Shown here piece by piece: positions 51,146 to 56,306 of a DNA stretch of 56,306 bases. Within the stretch, counting starts at the first letter, position 1. Each line of letters opens with the position of its first letter. Position numbers and translations under genes: made by a program. The notes beneath the pieces were generated by a model. It worked only from the letters and a program-made list of their open reading frames with translations, did not search any database and was not told the origin of the DNA. The stretch covers positions 1 through 56,306 of IMG/VR virus record IMGVR_UViG_3300027985_000330. One strand, written 5' to 3'. This stretch comes from a virus. Its lineage: Duplodnaviria > Caudoviricetes.

Positions 51146-52157
51146 TTCGTATCTTCAATTGCTTGTTCCTGTTTGTCAAAAATTCTCGCATATTGCAAGA
51201 CTAAATTTACTTGCGTTTGCTTTCCGGTTCGCCCCGTTACGCTTAAGCGATAATTCGGCACGTTGCCGACATCCGCAATCGGTTCAACCCGCGTGATGCA
51301 ACCAGCGTATCGATTTGTTATTCCGTTCACGTCCATTTCAAATGAGCACCATTTACCGATCCATGATTTCATGTAATAAGCGTCTCGCTCATTTCGCGGA
51401 TTCGATACCGGCTGTGTTTTCGCTTGCAGAATATGCGTTTTTGCATCGTTGCGCTTTATTCGACTCGGATCAAACGAGCGTGTTGACGCACCATCTTGCA
51501 GGATTTCACGCTTAATCTGTTCTGGTGTTTTCTTCATTAATCAATCCATCCGATTCCCCAATTTTTTCCATTTCCACAACTTGAAATGCACAATCTTGGC
51601 TTCTCAGAACAATTTTGCATTCCAATTCTAATAAATCCAAATGGAATATGAATTTCTATATTTGGTTTAGATATGCAAATATGAAATCCAAGGCTAATGC
51701 AATCCCATCCGACAAACCAAAAGAATGCAATAAATCTCCGCTCAAGTTCATATGAATTACACGCTTGTTTTGATTTTTTTATTTTCATAATTAATCTCTC
51801 TCATTTGGTGGAGTCCACCCAAGTTCTATCAATGATTCTCATGTTAAACTAGCTCAACATTGCTGTTACCTGATAGCCAAGCGATATTGCTAGCAACCTG
51901 ATTTTCGGGAATACCAATATCTCTCAATGTTTGCCTTCTCTTCATTTCTGCATCATGTAATGGCCCGCTTACTGTATCGTATCGAATCTGAAATTCGTTA
52001 AGCTTCTTTTTGTGAGAACGCTTCTGACGTGCGATATACACGTTTTCACTTTTTCCCGAGAAAATGAACTTTTGGTTAATTAATAAATCTCGTGCTTTCA
52101 TGATGACAGTAGAACATGAATGAAAATGCGAGTCAATCACTTTTTTTTTAAAAAAAA

Positions 52158-52406
52158 TTATTCACAACCGTTTTCTTTGAATGCCTTCAAAATTTCATCC
52201 AAGAAATACTCACGCGCAAAATGTAAATGCTTGCACCGTGTAGACGCATTAGATGCTCCATCGCGACGCTTAGGCCAGCAACGGCATTGGAACTGTTTGC
52301 AAGTGCAGACATCTTCGACTATATCAACGAGGTATTCGTCAATGTCTTTGTCCGATGATGACGTGATCCAGAATCGCGTTGGAGAATCAAAAGAGCGTAT
52401 TTTCAT
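52158..52406 (-). CDS. SWIM zinc-finger protein
   Basis: CTC...CKH. Confidence 0.7.
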   Translation of the reverse strand: MKIRSFDSPTRFWITSSSDKDIDEYLVDIVEDVCTCKQFQCRCWPKRRDGASNASTRCKHLHFAREYFLDEILKAFKENGCE

Positions 52407-53440
52407 ATTTTACTCAACCATTCTGAATAGACACGATCTGCTATATTCGCCATCATCACTGGTGGAACGCTCATCCCGCACATATAATTAACATGACTTT
52501 TAGAATTAGAAATAAAATTATAATCAGACGGAAATGTCTGTATTTTTATTATTTCATCATTATTCAATTGTCTGCATATAGTTGGATGATAATTTTTATG
52601 ACTTGCACATGTTGTAAAGCATACATCGTTCATTGATTGCTTTCTACGTGCATCATATTTTCCAACACTTTCACATTGTTTCGCGTTAACCCAATAAGAT
52701 GTAGTTAATTCAGTTAGATCGCATGACAAATCATTATTGTCTGAAATTTCACTAAAGCATATTTCATCATAATCAAACTGCATATCAATGAATGATTCAC
52801 TTTGAAAAATATCAATAAACTCATTTTTATATAAGTCTTTTCTAATTGCAAAAAAGAAAACACGTTCACGTTTCTGCGGAACACCCATATATCTAGAATT
52901 CAAAAGACTATACGTAACGAAGTAACCAGCATTATAAAATGCATCTAAGATTGCATATAGATATTTCCTTGCATTGCCAATTAATAATCCTTTTACATTT
53001 TCAGCTATAATTATTTTTGGTTGCAATCTTTTGCCAAGATCAATGAAATCAAAAAATAAGGTATCTAAAACCTGCTTCTTCTGTCCTTCTCTAAATTTCT
53101 TTTCAACACCCCACGCTGCTTCTCTTAGTCCAGTGGTAGAAAAACTTGAGCAAGGCGGTGAACCATCAAGAATATCAAGATTGAATAATTCATCCGGTAA
53201 ATCTGTTCTATTTTTAAATTCTTGAATTGGCTCAATAAAGCAGTATTTTGGATTATGATTTACCTTATAACATTCTGCCATTCTTGGGTCAATTTCGTTG
53301 CAACCAAGAACATCAAACCCAGCAAGCTTATATCCCATAGTTGATCCACCGCCACAAGCAAAACATGAAAAAACATTTCCTTTATCTTTTGTAAACACCG
53401 CGTCTTTCAGCGTCCAATCATAGTTATATTTTGATTTCAT
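52403..53440 (-). CDS. DNA cytosine-5 methyltransferase
   Basis: FACGGG, GSPPC, ENV, PQKRERVFF, GMSVPP. Confidence 0.93.
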   Translation of the reverse strand: MKSKYNYDWTLKDAVFTKDKGNVFSCFACGGGSTMGYKLAGFDVLGCNEIDPRMAECYKVNHNPKYCFIEPIQEFKNRTDLPDELFNLDILDGSPPCSSFSTTGLREAAWGVEKKFREGQKKQVLDTLFFDFIDLGKRLQPKIIIAENVKGLLIGNARKYLYAILDAFYNAGYFVTYSLLNSRYMGVPQKRERVFFFAIRKDLYKNEFIDIFQSESFIDMQFDYDEICFSEISDNNDLSCDLTELTTSYWVNAKQCESVGKYDARRKQSMNDVCFTTCASHKNYHPTICRQLNNDEIIKIQTFPSDYNFISNSKSHVNYMCGMSVPPVMMANIADRVYSEWLSKI

Positions 53441-53443
53441 AGT

Positions 53444-55318
53444 CTAAAAATCGTTTTCAATTGCAATTACTGGTGTCCATCTTGGCGTGAAATCCGTGTG
53501 AAACGTTCCGCTAATTTTATCGAACCATAAGTTTTCATCAAATAAATCACCAGTTGCGCGCTGTTTGCTTATCCGCATAATACCATCTGGGCCTTCTAGT
53601 AATCGTTTTATCTTCGGTCCGGTTCTATCTCCAGAATCGTAATCATCTGGATGATTTTTTATATTATTTCGCCAAACCGTTACAATGTTATCAAATGCCT
53701 TTGCCGGTCCTCCACTTCCCTCTAAATCAGACATGTTCGGAATTAATTCTTCGCTCAATTTCCTTGAGTGTGCAACGATAGCTGTGTGAACGTCGTTATC
53801 TCTATCAAAGTTGCAAAATCTATCGCTGAATTCGTCTTGTTCTTCATATTGCTCTTTTCTAACCAAAAAATGCATAGAATCAACGATAAATCTGCTTATC
53901 CCATATCGCTTTGTTCCATACTCAAAATCCTTGATAACTTCTTTCCACCCTTTTTTGTCTGGCTTATTATAAAACCAAACTTTTTCTTGTGCCCACTCCG
54001 CGCATAAATACATTTCCTCTTTGTTTTTAGGGTATCGACCGAGCATAATCCTAGCAAGTTCAATCCTCATTTTTTTCATCGGAATTTCTAATGAAGCGAT
54101 TAAAACGCGTTCACCCATTTTCATTTCGTGAACATGTGACTGATATAAAAATTGACTCTTACCATGACCTGGCGAGCCAACGATTGCCGTTGTTTCTCCA
54201 TTTCTATATTCGAACTTTGCGCTTGGAAACACAAATTTTGAAGGCTTTTCTTTATTCCATTCTTCAATAAGAATTATAGACTCTTCAAGATTGCGTCCAA
54301 ACTCTGTTATTTCCTCAAGATCAAACCTAGTTGCACTCTTATAAATATCATGCCATTCTAGTTCCTCCGGTTCACCATTAAGCAACAAATCGTTTGCATC
54401 TTTGTGTTTCGTCGTGATCGTGTAAACGCGATTCAATCCTAGCCGCTGTGCTACTTTTTTTGCTGCTATTTGACCGTGGTTTTGATCTTTGTCGGTATCA
54501 TTATCAAACCATAATGTAATCCGTTCAAAATGTTGCAATGTTGTCCAATCTCTGTCAATCCAATCCATATTGGCAACACCCATCGGCAAACTAAGCACCG
54601 GCAATCTATCATCTCCGACAATCTGAGAACATGCCATCGCATCTTCTTGCCCCTCTGTTATCACAATTTCGCGCGTATCGTCATTTACAAGCCACCAACC
54701 AAAAAGCGTTGACCACATTGGATCATCGTTTTCGATCTTATGAACTCCAGTTTCTTGCTTACCATCTGGTAATCGCCTGATGCCCTTATATTTTAGTAAT
54801 AGCTTTTCGCCATCTGGTGTTTCATGTTGATACGCAATAAAATGCTCATTGTATTCAGACTGTCTTCGATTGCACGCTGCAACCTTGTATTTTCGCTGTG
54901 TATCTGCGTTGATTCCACGATCTTCCAAATATTTTTGAACAGGAGACTTTTTTGAGCTTAGCAAATGTCTAAGATCAAACGGTGTGGGCTTACGAACCGG
55001 AAGCGGTCGCTGTATCTCTTCGACTATTCCGAGATATTGGTGGATTTGCGAAAGAGCCTCCTTGAATGAACATCCCTTGACTGCCATCCACATATCAAAA
55101 ATATCATGACCACTTCGACTGCCCCCACTTGCATTAAATTCATATCCAAGTCCTTTGTTTCGGTTATCTTTTATGCAGATTCCAAATGAGTTTCCTGCTG
55201 ATCCTTGAATATCTCCAATCCACCAATTGCCATTTCGTTCTTTTCCGTTCGGATACAGGTGAACGCATATTTGTTCAATCTTGTCAACGCATAGTTTTTT
55301 GAGTTCGGAAGAATCCAT
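53444..55318 (-). CDS. Bifunctional primase-helicase (T7 gp4/Twinkle-like)
   Basis: TOPRIM ITEGQEDA, FDND, KDAND; helicase GSPGHGKS, VAHSRK, ISKQR. Confidence 0.9.
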   Translation of the reverse strand: MDSSELKKLCVDKIEQICVHLYPNGKERNGNWWIGDIQGSAGNSFGICIKDNRNKGLGYEFNASGGSRSGHDIFDMWMAVKGCSFKEALSQIHQYLGIVEEIQRPLPVRKPTPFDLRHLLSSKKSPVQKYLEDRGINADTQRKYKVAACNRRQSEYNEHFIAYQHETPDGEKLLLKYKGIRRLPDGKQETGVHKIENDDPMWSTLFGWWLVNDDTREIVITEGQEDAMACSQIVGDDRLPVLSLPMGVANMDWIDRDWTTLQHFERITLWFDNDTDKDQNHGQIAAKKVAQRLGLNRVYTITTKHKDANDLLLNGEPEELEWHDIYKSATRFDLEEITEFGRNLEESIILIEEWNKEKPSKFVFPSAKFEYRNGETTAIVGSPGHGKSQFLYQSHVHEMKMGERVLIASLEIPMKKMRIELARIMLGRYPKNKEEMYLCAEWAQEKVWFYNKPDKKGWKEVIKDFEYGTKRYGISRFIVDSMHFLVRKEQYEEQDEFSDRFCNFDRDNDVHTAIVAHSRKLSEELIPNMSDLEGSGGPAKAFDNIVTVWRNNIKNHPDDYDSGDRTGPKIKRLLEGPDGIMRISKQRATGDLFDENLWFDKISGTFHTDFTPRWTPVIAIENDF

Positions 55319-55320
55319 AT

Positions 55321-56145
55321 TTACGCTGTTTTACGAGGATCATAGTTACGAAGGTATCTCCAAATATGCAACGCGCTTTCAAATAATCTCCATTCTGATT
55401 TTAATTCTTCCCAATCATACCAAAAGATTTTCACTTCTCCCGGTCTGTTTTTTCCGATATACAGATTAAAGCCACATGCACCATCTTTCTTCTTCGGAAA
55501 ATCTCCATATTTCGCCTTGTAATATGCTGCAATTTGCGTAGGATGGAATTGATACGGTTTCGTTGGTAGATTTCCGCATGTCTTAAAATCGCCTATACCT
55601 TGTTTCGTGAAATCAGTGCTTTTGAACGCACAATCGCATCTCCCTGCATATCCTTCTTTTACATTTACTAGCGTAATTTCAGAATCAGTAACTTCGATTC
55701 CTTCCGAGCGTAATAGTTCAAGTGTTGGTTCTACAAACTCGGAAATCTTGAACGTTCCAGCGTCAACAGTGACATCAATGTCATTGTATGACCCGTGATT
55801 GAAATACGCCTCAATTGCATCGTGAATGCTCGAACCAACATCAAGCGCATCGCGTGACGGTTTAAACGCTTCTGAGATTACGTATGAGTGATAGTCATCG
55901 TAAGAAACCAATAATCGTTTATCATGTGCATTTACTGATAAATCTAGATATTCATACGCGGCTTTCGTAATTTGATTTTGCTTCCAAATGTTGATTGCTG
56001 GATTCTCGAATATATCAAGCACTCCAGTAACCGATGGAAGTAATTCGAGCTTCTTCATGTCTCGAATTGTCGTTGGTCTAGTTCCACCGCCAGACTTATT
56101 TTCTACTTCGTGCTGTGGTTTTCCGTCAAGTGTGTAAGCATGCAT
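55321..56145 (-). CDS. PD-(D/E)XK exonuclease
   Basis: PSVTGVL, GSSIHDAIE, YAGRCD, DFKT, QIAAY. Confidence 0.85.
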   Translation of the reverse strand: MHAYTLDGKPQHEVENKSGGGTRPTTIRDMKKLELLPSVTGVLDIFENPAINIWKQNQITKAAYEYLDLSVNAHDKRLLVSYDDYHSYVISEAFKPSRDALDVGSSIHDAIEAYFNHGSYNDIDVTVDAGTFKISEFVEPTLELLRSEGIEVTDSEITLVNVKEGYAGRCDCAFKSTDFTKQGIGDFKTCGNLPTKPYQFHPTQIAAYYKAKYGDFPKKKDGACGFNLYIGKNRPGEVKIFWYDWEELKSEWRLFESALHIWRYLRNYDPRKTA

Positions 56146-56306
56146 TATATTACCTGTTTGTGTGTGTTAAGTATTCCAAATCGATCTTTTAATACTCTAA
56201 AAATCGGACGTTTCAAAAACAAACTTTTACCGCACAAGATTACAATTCAATATTTATATATTTCATTAATATTTAGTATATTAATATCGTGTAATTTTAT
56301 TTTCTT

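Noticed and set aside
48795-53440. Restriction-modification or DISARM-like defence system
   Set aside because: Orphan methyltransferases next to a helicase are common in phages; no cognate restriction or other defence genes recognised
1563-55798. Plus-strand ORFs in the ORF track
   Set aside because: Short, antisense to well-supported minus-strand genes, with no recognisable motifs
1-56306. Genome-wide TGA reassignment (code 4/25)
   Set aside because: Many genes end in TGA with ATGA overlaps to the next start (21750, 26720, 46691, 51142, 52403), and long genes have no internal TGA
1-56306. Integron integrase, phage integrase, reverse transcriptase or endolysin
   Set aside because: No ORF shows recognisable tyrosine-recombinase, YxDD RT or lysin motifs; they may lie outside the window

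Overview
A 56-kb segment of a long-tailed dsDNA phage (siphovirus-like), with essentially all credible genes on the minus strand. From right to left it carries a replication/modification block (exonuclease, primase-helicase, C5 and N4/N6 methyltransferases, SNF2-like helicase, endonuclease VII, RNA ligase, MazG), a dispersed packaging module (TerS, portal, minor head, TerL), about 12 kb of small accessory genes, and head, neck and tail genes. The main unexplained structure is two arrays of integron-type attC-like sites (9 sites at 31749-34611, 6 at 42673-44200) with no integrase in the window. Cassette boundaries show the R'/R'' complementarity expected from IntI-type recombination. Both arrays start from a duplicated ~82-bp terminator+attC unit. 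Every cassette gene lies antisense to the canonical cassette orientation, and several start inside the attC hairpin loop. Also notable: a tail-fibre gene ending in a DGR-type variable region with no RT or TR in view, a non-canonical tRNA-like RNA with two T-loop hairpins, and two ORFs interrupted by a single in-frame TGA. All calls come from reading the sequence by eye; no database searches were run.
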